A stretch of DNA of 59,238 nucleotides from Candidatus Acetothermia bacterium. GTDB lineage: Bacteria > Bipolaricaulota > Bipolaricaulia > M55B111. The DNA lies in NCBI GenBank assembly GCA_046543285.1, contig JBKGZS010000001.1, positions 1 to 59,238 of the forward strand, in the 5' to 3' direction. Made by a program: the position numbers and the translations under genes. How positions within the stretch are numbered: the first letter of the stretch is position 1; every line of letters starts with the position of its first letter. The notes under the pieces are model-generated. The model had not been told where the DNA came from. It did no database searches and worked only from the letters and a program-made list of their open reading frames with translations. Positions 1 to 8,785 of this stretch are shown here, one piece after another.

Positions 1-1564
1 CGCCTGAGTTCGTCCAGCTGGCGTCAGTACCAATGGTGAAGAAGTCGCTTACGTTGTAATCTACCCCACCGTGCAATCCGTAGAAGCCGAAGAAGCCGCC
101 GTCATCGGAGTTATCGGCAAAGTAGACGTCGCTGTAGAAGTCGACGGCGGAACAGCTGTCGCAAACGTCGCCCTCGTAGGCCACGGAGATCCTTTCCATG
201 GCATCGGAATAGGTCTCGACGTCCGTATAGCTGAACGGGCCAGTACCGAATTCGCTACCCGGTTCGAAGTACCCAAAGGTATTTCCGCCAAGGGCGGTGA
301 CCGAGCTGAAGCTCACTCCGTTGAATTCGGTGGAGATTTCCATGGCACCGAAGTTCAGGCCGTAAGCGTTGGAGTCATCTATGCGAGTGTAGGCAGTGTA
401 GACCGTGAAGCAGCTCCAGTCCAGGTCCAGGCTGGGGGTGAAGGATACCGACTTGGTCTGTTCCTCGAATTTGATGCTGGCGTCCACGCTGAGCGGCCAG
501 GTCTCGGAGTCAAAGCCGAAGTCGAACCTGGTAAATTCGAAGCCGCCGTCTTCGCTGATTATCGTGGTGTTGTCGAATTCGCAGCAGCCGAACACGCCGC
601 CTTCCAGCTCGAAGATCGAGCCCTGATAGGGTGCGTTGCTGCCATTTTCATCATCAGCAGGATCGACGACGATGTAATCCCTGCCTCCTGCCGAGCCATC
701 GTAATAAACGTTGTCGCTCGGCGAGCTGCTTCCCTCTGCCCAGGAGTCCCACACTTTCTTCATTCCAAACAGGTTGGTGGACTTGATGGAAATGCCGCCC
801 GGAGTTTCGCCGGAGCCGATGAAGGCCATGCCGAAGCTGTAGCTTCCGCTCTGGTAATCAAAAGTGTCAGGGCCGCCTGTGCTGAATTCGGCGTCGTCAT
901 CCTGGTAAGGAACTGCAGTCTCGGTTTGTTCCTCCGATTCCGAGTCCAGCTCCAGCTGCATGATGCCGGTCAGGGCCACGCCACCCAGGGTCAGGGATCC
1001 TTCAGCGTTCCAGTATTCCAGGGCGCTGTTTACGTCCTTTTCCCGTTTGACGGGAATGTAAGTGTCAGCAGAATCCGGGGTATCGGTAACGAGATCGTCA
1101 TCGGTGAGCCACCATGGGTCAGAACTATCTTCGTCAGCAAGATCGGCAGTTTCAGTGACGTCTAGGACTGCGTAGGTACTCCCTGGGTTGAAGGACAAGG
1201 TGGAACTCAGATCGAGCATCCCCACACTGTAGTCCATGGAAAAGCTTTGACTGTCGAAGCCTCCAGTGTACTTGTAGAGAGGCTCGCCATCCCACTCTTT
1301 GCCAAAATCGTCCACCTCAACCTCCCCGAGGAAGGTATCCAATCCAGTGGAAAACCCTGATACGCTCTCGAAGTCCACGCCACCCACTGAATATTCAAGA
1401 GTGAGATCGGAGCTGAAACTGTTCAGAGGTGCCACTATGTTCGGCGAAAAACTAATGTAATTCTCCCAGCTGCCGGAAAAAGTAGCATCATCGGATTGAG
1501 CAGCTGCTGCTACTCCAGCAACCAGAACCAAAACCATCGTTAAAGCTAGAAGTTTTTTAGCCAT
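1..1564 (-). CDS. Secreted beta-rich envelope protein, 3' end cut by the window edge (candidate outer-membrane / toga Omp-beta-like protein; paralog of 27258..28412)
   Basis: Absent from the ORF track because it runs off the window. My hand translation from the ATG at 1564 (complement) stays open to position 2. It starts MAKKLLALTMVLVLVAGVAAAAQSDDATFSGSWENY..., a classic signal peptide, followed by Gly/Ser/Asp/aromatic-rich sequence. It shares motifs with 27258..28412: EGGVFGCCEFDNTT vs EGAGFDCCDFSNRT, ETWPLSVD vs ESFPLTLN, SVTALGGN vs SLTALGGH. The tracked + ORF 71..1165 is its antisense shadow. Confidence 0.65.
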   Translation of the reverse strand, partial: MAKKLLALTMVLVLVAGVAAAAQSDDATFSGSWENYISFSPNIVAPLNSFSSDLTLEYSVGGVDFESVSGFSTGLDTFLGEVEVDDFGKEWDGEPLYKYTGGFDSQSFSMDYSVGMLDLSSTLSFNPGSTYAVLDVTETADLADEDSSDPWWLTDDDLVTDTPDSADTYIPVKREKDVNSALEYWNAEGSLTLGGVALTGIMQLELDSESEEQTETAVPYQDDDAEFSTGGPDTFDYQSGSYSFGMAFIGSGETPGGISIKSTNLFGMKKVWDSWAEGSSSPSDNVYYDGSAGGRDYIVVDPADDENGSNAPYQGSIFELEGGVFGCCEFDNTTIISEDGGFEFTRFDFGFDSETWPLSVDASIKFEEQTKSVSFTPSLDLDWSCFTVYTAYTRIDDSNAYGLNFGAMEISTEFNGVSFSSVTALGGNTFGYFEPGSEFGTGPFSYTDVETYSDAMERISVAYEGDVCDSCSAVDFYSDVYFADNSDDGGFFGFYGLHGGVDYNVSDFFTIGTDASWTNSG

Positions 1565-1620
1565 TTATTTAAACCCCCTTTTGCATTGAGATTAGCTAGA
1601 TCTAGCTTGTTGCAAAGTTG

Positions 1621-1649
1621 CAAAGGACAAAAGCTGGTTACCAGCTTTT
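1621..1649 (-). terminator. Candidate intrinsic terminator/attenuator between the SLH gene and the beta-rich gene
   Basis: Perfect 9-bp inverted repeat AAAAGCTGG-tta-CCAGCTTTT at 1629..1649. Read on the minus strand, the stem runs into UUUUGUCCUUUG. Confidence 0.4.
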
Positions 1650-1788
1650 ACAGGTTTGCGGAATATTTGCAGAAACCACCTCCGGTTTTGCATCGGGAAT
1701 TTGGACTCTATTTTAAGCCATGTTCGTAAACTCAATCAAATTCTTCTGACTGCTGGTATCCATAGGAAGAAGGGTTAAAAAGGTTCCG

Positions 1789-2328
1789 TCACATGAGCAG
1801 GTTCCAGGCCAGAGAGATGGCTCCAATGGCCACTCCGGCGATTCCCAGGACGAAGTTGTTCTGAGACCGCTGGACCAGCTCCTCGTATTCCTCAGCTGGA
1901 GGACCCGTCTGAAGGTCCTCAACGCGAGATTCCAGATCACTTACCCGATCCTGAAGCTCCTCGTTGGAAGAACTCATTGAATCTACCCGATCGGAGAGCT
2001 CGAAGACCAGGTCTTCCAGAGTACTGAGATCTTCGTTGGAGATTCCCTCTTCACTGCTTTCCGCGTAGCGAAGCGCTCGGGCCACCAGGGAAGCTACCGC
2101 GTAGCGGGTAATGGACTCTTCGCCCTGGTATCCATCGTCGGGAAGGCCCTTGATGATGTCCCTTTCAGCTAGGTATTTGATATCCTCGTAGGCCCAGTGG
2201 TCCTCGGATACGTCGGAAAGTGGATTTTCCTCATCTTCCTCCGCTAAAGCGAGGAAACCAAAAGAAACTAGGAGAAGGCTCAGGGACAGAACTAACCCAA
2301 AGTAAGCAAGTTTGTTGAGACTAGACAT
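1789..2328 (-). CDS. SLH-domain / coiled-coil / C-terminal tail-anchor protein (miniature Omp-alpha-like envelope tether)
   Basis: Signal peptide (LLLVSFGFLALA/EEDE). SLH motif HWAYEDIKYLAERDIIKGLPDDGYQGEESITRYAVASLVARAL. Heptad-like acidic/Leu/Val stretch LSTLEDLVFELSDRVDSMSSSNEELQDRVSDLESRVEDLQ. Hydrophobic helix at the extreme C terminus, FVLGIAGVAIGAISLAWNLLM. AGGAGG lies 6 nt upstream of the ATG. Confidence 0.75.
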   Translation of the reverse strand: MSSLNKLAYFGLVLSLSLLLVSFGFLALAEEDEENPLSDVSEDHWAYEDIKYLAERDIIKGLPDDGYQGEESITRYAVASLVARALRYAESSEEGISNEDLSTLEDLVFELSDRVDSMSSSNEELQDRVSDLESRVEDLQTGPPAEEYEELVQRSQNNFVLGIAGVAIGAISLAWNLLM

Positions 2329-2348
2329 ATGCGCCTCCTTGGTTAGCG

Positions 2349-2377
2349 ATTATAGTATGACCAGATTTAGTTGTCAA
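2349..2377 (-). promoter_or_regulatory. Consensus sigma-70-type promoter of the SLH gene
   Basis: Minus strand reads TTGACA (2377..2372), a 17-nt spacer, then TATAAT (2354..2349). AGGAGG and the ATG at 2328 follow. Confidence 0.6.
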
Positions 2378-2527
2378 GTAAAAGTACCATCTTGCAGCTC
2401 ACCTTCATCATATATCGCGGGGACGAAGCTCACTTGTGCTGCCCACGTTTCAACATAACCTGCTGGAGAAGCCAGAAGCCAGCCGACCGACGAGCTCATT
2501 ATATCACTGCCGGGCAGAGATTAAAAG

Positions 2528-3142
2528 TCAACATAGCTTAAAACTCCTTCTGTGTAGTGGACTAGGCCCTACTCGCTTGAGGGCGTCCCGGTGCTGTGCG
2601 GTGCCATAACCGACGTTCGACTGCCAGTGATAACCGGGGTACTGCTCCGCCAGCCGGTACATCAGACGGTCCCGGTAGACCTTGGCCAGTACCGAAGCGA
2701 CAGCAATATGTAGAGACTTCCCGTCCCCCCCTTCAATTGTTTGGACTTGTCCTTCCACCGAAGGGTCAAGCCCGCCGTCCACCAATAACAGATCCAGGTC
2801 CGACTCCAGCCCCCGATAAGCCCTCTGCGCCGCCCGGTCGGTGGCCTCTACTATGCCCAGTTTATCGATTTCCTCGTTACTGGCCTCGCCGATACCGATT
2901 TCCAGGCCCTCTTCGGTTCGAAATTTCTCGCAAAGTCGTTCGCGGCGGGCCGGGCTGAGCCGCTTGGAGTCGTCTACTCCTCGCATGAATTCCTTAGCCA
3001 TGCTTTCCCTGTGGATATGCACACAGCCCACGGCCACGGGCCCGGCGAGCGCTCCTCGACCTACTTCGTCCATGCCCCCTAACGCACCGTATCTTTCCAT
3101 CATCTCCCGATCATGATTCAGTAACGTACTGTTGGCAGTCAC
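2528..3142 (-). CDS. rnhB: Ribonuclease HII
   Basis: GMDEVGRGALAGPVAVGCV and DDSKRLSPARRERL motifs. Length 204 aa. Confidence 0.9.
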   Translation of the reverse strand: MTANSTLLNHDREMMERYGALGGMDEVGRGALAGPVAVGCVHIHRESMAKEFMRGVDDSKRLSPARRERLCEKFRTEEGLEIGIGEASNEEIDKLGIVEATDRAAQRAYRGLESDLDLLLVDGGLDPSVEGQVQTIEGGDGKSLHIAVASVLAKVYRDRLMYRLAEQYPGYHWQSNVGYGTAQHRDALKRVGPSPLHRRSFKLC

Positions 3143-3393
3143 TATTCTTTCAGCTCCAGACCCTGATTTTCAATTACTTAACTCGTCTGTATGAGCATCT
3201 GAGCAACTTAGGTTAGGTCCAGTTCCTTTATAAATCAATCCCAGGCGCGCGTCAAACTGGAGACATGTAGTGGAGCAGGGGGAGAAATACGTCATGTACA
3301 AAACCGAAGCGTGGGTGGAGTGGCCTGGAAACAACTCGATAGACGAGTTTGTCACGCGCCCCTAAAGTATGACCGCCACTGAAAATGGAACAA

Positions 3394-3600
3394 CCCCCTT
3401 CAACCGCGGGCCTTCTCAAAATGCCTTCGCAGGCCGAGCGGGCACGGCTCCCCCACGCACCTTGAACTGCCTATTCTCTAGAAGGCTTGTACAGTCTGGA
3501 TTAGTGACAGGTGAGTGGGGGAGAGCGAGGCCAAGATACAAGACAGCGATTTCCGCGCTGGGGAAATCTTCTGCGGTTTTGGAGAAGGCCCGCGGTTCTT
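3394..3600 (+). repeat. MITE-like long-hairpin repeat, copy A (~207 nt)
   Basis: Terminal inverted repeats AACCGCGGGCCTTCTCAAAA (3402..3421) and TTTTGGAGAAGGCCCGCGGTT (3577..3597). Inner stem CTCCCCCAC / GTGGGGGAG. Alignable along most of its length with the reverse complement of 58630..58838. Confidence 0.7.
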
Positions 3601-3740
3601 TGCTTATATTCATTGATGAGGGGCAGAAATGCTTCTATAAAACCATTAAGGGATTCACCCGCATTATTCCGCCTGAACGGAGTGGAAATGGGGGAGCTCG
3701 TTGTGTTATGCGAGAATCCGAAAAAGGAGAGGTCAAGAAA

Positions 3741-4361
3741 TCAGTTAATCAATCCGAAGCGAGTCAAAGGCCAGACTCGCAGGAAAGGCTCGCCGATAAA
3801 CGAGGAAATGTCCGCAAACCCCCAGTAGCGTGAATCGAGGCTGTCGTCGCTATTGTCTCCCAGTACGTAATATTTTCCCTCGGGAACAGTCAGCTCGCGT
3901 CGACCGTAGGGGCCTTCCGCTTGATACTGACGATCGAACGGCGGGTCCGTAAGCTCCTCTCCGTTTACAATCAGGTTGCCGTCCACGATGGCAACCGTAT
4001 CGCCACCTTTGGCCACTAACCTCTTGACGTAGCGAGTTCGTTTCCCGTTATCTTCGCTATGCCAGAAAACGATTACGTCTCCCCGTTCCGGAGTCCGAAA
4101 ATGGTAGGAGATCTTGTCTACGAAGAAGCTGTCTCCAGGCCGAATGGTAGGTTCCATAGAACCGGTGGGCACGGTCATCCTAACGGTAACGAAGGTCATA
4201 ATCAGCCAGGCCAGAATCCCGGCCACGATCAGGACGTCGACCCATTCTAAAATATAGTCGACGGTCTGATTAGTACCGACCCCCAAACGGTTCAGCAATC
4301 GGGCAGAATAAGCTCTCTTCTTCTGCGATTTGTCTCGTGAGTTCCTTGGAGTGGCGCTCAT
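3741..4361 (-). CDS. lepB: Signal peptidase I
   Basis: N-terminal TM segment. Catalytic-serine box GSMEPTI. Also YVKRLVAKGGD and GDNSDDSLDSRYWGF boxes. Confidence 0.9.
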   Translation of the reverse strand: MSATPRNSRDKSQKKRAYSARLLNRLGVGTNQTVDYILEWVDVLIVAGILAWLIMTFVTVRMTVPTGSMEPTIRPGDSFFVDKISYHFRTPERGDVIVFWHSEDNGKRTRYVKRLVAKGGDTVAIVDGNLIVNGEELTDPPFDRQYQAEGPYGRRELTVPEGKYYVLGDNSDDSLDSRYWGFADISSFIGEPFLRVWPLTRFGLIN

Positions 4362-4395
4362 TTATCGACCTCGTACAGGAGGTAGTAAGCCGAGG

Positions 4396-4722
4396 CTACT
4401 TGTTCTTTTTCCGAAGATAGTAGGGACGGGCCTGCCTGACGTTATTCTGACGGACAAGCTCCACTTTCTCTATCTTGGGAGAGTGGAGAGGAAAGGTCTT
4501 CTCCACGCCTATCCCGGAGGAGATCTTTCTCACGGTAATCATTTTCTTTGCTCCGCTCCCGCTCTTTTTCAGCACGGTTCCCTCAAAAACCTGTACCCGA
4601 CCGCCGGAATCTGTACCAAGCTTCTCGTGAACCCGGACCAGATCCCCTGTGGTGATGTCGGGAAGGTCGTCGCTGAGAAACTCTTCTTCGACGGACCTAA
4701 TCAAATCTTCCATAATGCTCAA
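4396..4722 (-). CDS. rplS: 50S ribosomal protein L19
   Basis: GDLVRVHEKL...RVQVFEGTVLKK...ITVRKIS.GIGVEKTFPLHSP.IEKVELV pattern. Located in the trmD operon. Confidence 0.95.
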   Translation of the reverse strand: MSIMEDLIRSVEEEFLSDDLPDITTGDLVRVHEKLGTDSGGRVQVFEGTVLKKSGSGAKKMITVRKISSGIGVEKTFPLHSPKIEKVELVRQNNVRQARPYYLRKKNK

Positions 4723-4816
4723 CTCCTGTTATTCAGACTGAACTGGACGCAAATTTCAAGCCGTGGCAAAACCAAACTCGGACTACCTTATCAGGCGCGG
4801 ACGTTGAAATACTTCC

Positions 4817-5404
4817 TTAAGATTCTTCCGAAGACACTGCGGGCGAAGCTCCGCGAACTCTGTCCAGGATGATGGCTACCGCCGCCCTAACGGAAAGGTG
4901 ATTAAAATCCCCAATGCCGCGGACGGGCTCTAGAATGCAGTCAAAACGATCCAGCAGTTCATCGGCAATTCCCCATCCGGTGCCGAACAGTAGATAGACA
5001 GGACGGGAGGAATTCTGTAAGCTTCGGCGGAGAGAAGAATAAGAGACAGTATCCACCGATAGGTCGCGAGCTGAAGTGCCGACGACCAGAGGCTCCCGAT
5101 CTTCCCTGTCCATAATGTCCTCAATACTGCTCTCAAGTTTATCTAAAACTAGAACCAATTCCAAGGCCTCCCCCCTATTGGTATTCTCGGCCCTTCCTTC
5201 GGCTTCGGTCCAGTAGCCCTTTATCCTCCGGGCAATTTCCCTCTGGGATTGATGGGGGGTAATGATGTAATACTGGAGCACGTCGTAAGTCCGGGCCGTT
5301 CGGGCAATGTCGTGAACGTCCATGCTGGTCATGGACGTGGTAACTATCTCTCCCTGGCGATTGCGCATCGGATGGTGGAGCAGTCCCACGTAAAGGTTAC
5401 CCAT
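4817..5404 (-). CDS. Predicted SPOUT-type RNA methyltransferase (TM1570-like, Methyltrn_RNA_4-like)
   Basis: 195 aa, starts MGNLYVGLLHHPMRNRQGEIVTTSMTSMDVHDIARTARTY and ends ...LLFGTGWGIADELL...HLSVRAAVAIILDR. Its ATG overlaps the trmD stop (TAATG). It sits between trmD and rplS, as recalled for the Thermotoga homolog. Confidence 0.6.
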   Translation of the reverse strand: MGNLYVGLLHHPMRNRQGEIVTTSMTSMDVHDIARTARTYDVLQYYIITPHQSQREIARRIKGYWTEAEGRAENTNRGEALELVLVLDKLESSIEDIMDREDREPLVVGTSARDLSVDTVSYSSLRRSLQNSSRPVYLLFGTGWGIADELLDRFDCILEPVRGIGDFNHLSVRAAVAIILDRVRGASPAVSSEES

Positions 5405-6090
5405 TAGTCCTCCTTTTCTCCTAGCAAGTCCGGTCTTCGGCGCCGGGTAGTCTCCAGAGCTTTTTTGTGACGAAAGGCCCGGATCTTTTCATGATCACCG
5501 CTCAACAGAACCTCCGGAACGCTCATCCCTTCAAAACATGGCGGTCTGGTATACTGAGGCGGGCCCAGAGGGTTGTCGTCGTAAAAGGAGTCGGTTTCAA
5601 CTGAACGCTGGTTGCCGACTACACCTTCTACCATCCGTGCAACGCCTTCTATGACTGCCGCGGCGGGAACCTCGCCACCCAGCAGTACGTAATCCCCAAG
5701 GGACAGTTGTTCGTCACATATGGCAGTAACCCTTTCGTCAACTCCTTCGTATCGCCCGCACAACAGAATCAGGTTTTTCATCCGCGCAAGCTCCTGCAGT
5801 TTGCTCTGGGTGAGCAGCTCGCCACGAGAAGACATCAAAATTACGTGGCCTCCTCCCCTTCCGGCTTTGATGGCCCGAGTTCCAGCAAAGAAAGGCTCCG
5901 GCTTCAAAACCATGCCTGGACCGCCACCGTAGGGACGATCGTCAATGTCGTAGTGAGGAGGTTCGGCGTAATCTCGGAGGTTCCACAGACCGACGCGGAG
6001 CAAACCCTTCTCCCTGGCCTGGGCGATCAAACCACTGCCGATAAATCCTTCCAGCATTTCAGGAAAAGCACTTAACACGTCAAAAAGCAT
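5404..6090 (-). CDS. trmD: tRNA (guanine37-N1)-methyltransferase
   Basis: FPEM...NLRDY......DDRPYGGGPGMVLKPEP motif. Located in the rpsP operon. Confidence 0.95.
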   Translation of the reverse strand: MLFDVLSAFPEMLEGFIGSGLIAQAREKGLLRVGLWNLRDYAEPPHYDIDDRPYGGGPGMVLKPEPFFAGTRAIKAGRGGGHVILMSSRGELLTQSKLQELARMKNLILLCGRYEGVDERVTAICDEQLSLGDYVLLGGEVPAAAVIEGVARMVEGVVGNQRSVETDSFYDDNPLGPPQYTRPPCFEGMSVPEVLLSGDHEKIRAFRHKKALETTRRRRPDLLGEKED

Positions 6091-6095
6091 CTTCT

Positions 6096-6329
6096 TCAGT
6101 CCAGGATATCGATTACTACGTCCCGGTCCTGGCTCTTAGCTGCCGAGCCCATTATCTCCCGTAAGATCTCGGCAGTTTGACCGTCCCTTCCCAGGACGTG
6201 ACCTCGGTCGCTTTCCGGAACCGAAACTAAAAAGATATCCACATCTTCCGTATCGATGTGATCGATTTCAATTCGGTCCGGATGATCAACCAGAGGTTTG
6301 AGAAGATGTGCCAGAAGTCGATGGAGCAT
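6096..6329 (-). CDS. KH-domain RNA-binding protein (YlqC/UPF0109 family)
   Basis: 77 aa with VPESDRGHVLGRDGQTAEILREI (KH GxxG-like). Conserved position directly after rpsP. Confidence 0.85.
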   Translation of the reverse strand: MLHRLLAHLLKPLVDHPDRIEIDHIDTEDVDIFLVSVPESDRGHVLGRDGQTAEILREIMGSAAKSQDRDVVIDILD

Positions 6330-6338
6330 ATAAAGAGG

Positions 6339-6608
6339 TTAGCCGTATTTTTCCTCGTGTAACCGCTCCATAAGCCCCAGATCGGAGAACATGTCCCGAA
6401 CAGTTTTGGAGGGTTGAGCGCCCTTGCGCAACCAGTCGAGAGCTTTCTCTTCTTCGATCCGGATGTCTCGGGGCTCCGGACGCGGGTTGTAGAAACCGAG
6501 CTCTTCGATAACCTCAGTATCCCGAGGCTTGGATTTCTCTACCACCACTACCCTGAAGTATGGTTGCTTCTTCCTTCCCGTCTGTTTGAGCCTAATTTTC
6601 GCTGGCAT
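6339..6608 (-). CDS. rpsP: 30S ribosomal protein S16
   Basis: MPAKIRLKQTGRKKQPYFRVVVVEKSKPRD...NP N-terminus typical of S16. Confidence 0.95.
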   Translation of the reverse strand: MPAKIRLKQTGRKKQPYFRVVVVEKSKPRDTEVIEELGFYNPRPEPRDIRIEEEKALDWLRKGAQPSKTVRDMFSDLGLMERLHEEKYG

Positions 6609-6632
6609 CTATTACACCTCGTTTCGTGTGCT

Positions 6633-7955
6633 TTAAAAGTCCATTCCCGGGGGGAACTTTCCCACCTTGCCTTCCAGATCCCCCATTTTATCCATCATCT
6701 TTTTTACCTGATTGAAGCGCTTCAACAAATCGTTCACTTCGCTTACCTCTCGGCCGCTACCCCGGGCAATTCTCCTCTTTCTGCTTCCGTCGATAATTCC
6801 TGGGTTCGTCCGCTCTTCTTGGGTCATGGAGTTAATTATGGCTTCAATCCTATCCATTTCGCTGCCATCCAGGTCCAGTTCGGCGGCCTTGGAACCTATC
6901 CCGGGAATCTTTTCCAAAAGTTCGCCGATGGGTCCCATATTGCGCACTTCGTCTATCTGTTCCAAAAAGTCCTGCAGGGTAAACTGTTTCTTCCTTATCC
7001 GCTCTTCCAATTTTTCGGCCTTCTCCCGATCCATCTCCCGTTCGGCCTTTTCAACCAGCGATAGCACGTCGCCCATTCCCAGAATTCGTTGAGCTATCCG
7101 GTCGGGATAAAAAGCTTCCAGAGCTTCTAGCTTTTCACCTGTTCCAATGAATTTGATGGGTTCGCCCGTTACCTCGACCATGGACAAGGCAGCACCCCCG
7201 CGGGCGTCGCCGTCCATCTTGGTCAGCACGATGCCAGTCAGCCCGAGCCTCTGATCGAATTCCTGGGCAATTGAAGTCGCTTCCTGTCCAGTCAGAGCAT
7301 CGGCAACCAACAGAATTTCCTCGGGATCCAGATCTGATTCCAGCCTCTCCAGTTCTTCCATCATCTCTTCATCAATCTGCATCCGCCCCGCCGTATCGAG
7401 GAGAATGACGTCCGAACCGACTTCTTGAGACCTAGAGACGGCCCGGGAAGCAAGTTGTTCCGGTGTTTTCCCGCCCTCATGATAGACCGGGAGTTCGAGG
7501 TCTTGGCCCAGTTTGGCAAGCTGCTCGGCTGCCGCCGGCCGGTAGGTATCGGCCGCTACCAGCAGGGGATGATGGCCTTCTTTGCTCAACCAGCGAGCCA
7601 GTTTTCCGCAGGTGGTGGTCTTACCGCTCCCTTGCAGCCCCACCACCAAAATTTTGGACGGGGAACCGTCCAGGTTTAAGACCGCCCGCTCGTGACCGAG
7701 AATTTCTGCCAGTTGGTCCTTTACTATCTTGATTACCTGCTGGCCGGGGGTCAAGCTCTCCATTACTTCTTCCCCCACGGCCTGCTCCTCGACCGACGAA
7801 ATGAACCGTTTGACCACCTTGTAATTGACGTCTGCTTCCAGGAGAGCAAGCTTTACTTCTTTCATAGCCTGCTGAACGTCCTCTTCGGTCAGCTTGCCCT
7901 TTCCTTTCAGCCGGTCAAAAACGCCGGTCAGTTTGTCAGTCAAGGAATCAAACAT
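6633..7955 (-). CDS. ffh: Signal recognition particle protein Ffh
   Basis: N domain (LTEEDVQQAMKEVKLALLEADVNYKVV). G domain (GLQGSGKTTTCGKLA, DTAGR). Met-rich M domain at the C terminus. Confidence 0.95.
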   Translation of the reverse strand: MFDSLTDKLTGVFDRLKGKGKLTEEDVQQAMKEVKLALLEADVNYKVVKRFISSVEEQAVGEEVMESLTPGQQVIKIVKDQLAEILGHERAVLNLDGSPSKILVVGLQGSGKTTTCGKLARWLSKEGHHPLLVAADTYRPAAAEQLAKLGQDLELPVYHEGGKTPEQLASRAVSRSQEVGSDVILLDTAGRMQIDEEMMEELERLESDLDPEEILLVADALTGQEATSIAQEFDQRLGLTGIVLTKMDGDARGGAALSMVEVTGEPIKFIGTGEKLEALEAFYPDRIAQRILGMGDVLSLVEKAEREMDREKAEKLEERIRKKQFTLQDFLEQIDEVRNMGPIGELLEKIPGIGSKAAELDLDGSEMDRIEAIINSMTQEERTNPGIIDGSRKRRIARGSGREVSEVNDLLKRFNQVKKMMDKMGDLEGKVGKFPPGMDF

Positions 7956-7989
7956 GAAAGCACCACCAGATTAGCAAATCTAAAAAATT

Positions 7990-8745
7990 CTAAGTGCTGG
8001 ATTGAGCCCTGTCAACAGGCAGGCTGCGGGCCAGAGTCACCACGTTTACTTGAGAAGGGCCAGCTTCGTTGAGCGTTTTTGCGCACTCGGAGGCAGTGGC
8101 TCCGGTGGTGAAGACGTCGTCCACAAGAACCAGTGGGTCGAAATTAATGGAACTCTGCGGCCGAAAAGCACCATTCAGATTGTTCATCCGCGTTTCACGA
8201 TCCAGGTCCACCTGCGGAGGTGTTTCCCGGATCTTTTCCAAGCCCTGGATAACCGGGAGGCCTAACTGGTCTCCCAATTGTTCGGCCAGCAGTCTCCCTT
8301 GATTGAAACCGCGGCTGGCCCTCTTCGATCTGGTCTGGGGAACGTAGGTAAGGGCGGCAGCCTCTTTCAGCAACTTACAAGTTTTGCCCCGGAGAAAAAG
8401 CCGAATCAAATCCCGAGCCAGGGCTCTCTCCCCCTGATATTTGAACCCTCGAATGGCCCGAGCAAGCCTGCTATTCTGAAGATAACTGCTCGCAGAACGA
8501 GCCAGAAAGAAACCCCGCGATTCCCGGGAACAGAGTTCACAGAGGCCGTTTCTGACAAGCGGTTCGCCGCAGCGCTGACAATACGGCTCTTCCAGCAAGG
8601 GAATAGAGTCCAGGCAAGTACTACAAATATAGGAGTGATTGTCCAGTGGCTTGCCGCACAGGTAACAATGAGGAGGATAGAGCAAATCCAAGAAGGCAAA
8701 CCCTATCCTCCTCAGTTTATGGCGTGCCCTCTTCCACCAGCTCAC
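7990..8745 (-). CDS. comFC: ComF-family protein (zinc-ribbon plus phosphoribosyltransferase domain)
   Basis: N-terminal CxxC pairs (HCYLCGKP..CSTC, CQRCGEP..CELC). C-terminal PRT loop LVLVDDVFTTGATA. Confidence 0.8.
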   Translation of the reverse strand: MSWWKRARHKLRRIGFAFLDLLYPPHCYLCGKPLDNHSYICSTCLDSIPLLEEPYCQRCGEPLVRNGLCELCSRESRGFFLARSASSYLQNSRLARAIRGFKYQGERALARDLIRLFLRGKTCKLLKEAAALTYVPQTRSKRASRGFNQGRLLAEQLGDQLGLPVIQGLEKIRETPPQVDLDRETRMNNLNGAFRPQSSINFDPLVLVDDVFTTGATASECAKTLNEAGPSQVNVVTLARSLPVDRAQSST

Positions 8746-8785
8746 AGTCGGGCTGTCCTCTTCAATAGAGGCCTGGGATCAGGGA

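Noticed and set aside
71-1165. 364-aa plus-strand ORF, the longest tracked ORF at the left edge
   Set aside because: Its composition is Ala/Val/Gly-rich shadow-like sequence with no motif. The opposite strand carries a continuous ORF with a signal peptide, an RBS-proximal ATG at 1564 and a paralog elsewhere in the window. I treat it as an antisense artefact.
3369-3833. 154-aa plus-strand ORF, with 3416..3613 and 3511..3828, in the rnhB-lepB gap
   Set aside because: They read through the MITE-like hairpin element and into the antisense of lepB. They have no RBS or motif, and equivalent spurious ORFs arise at the other repeat copy (58538..58756).
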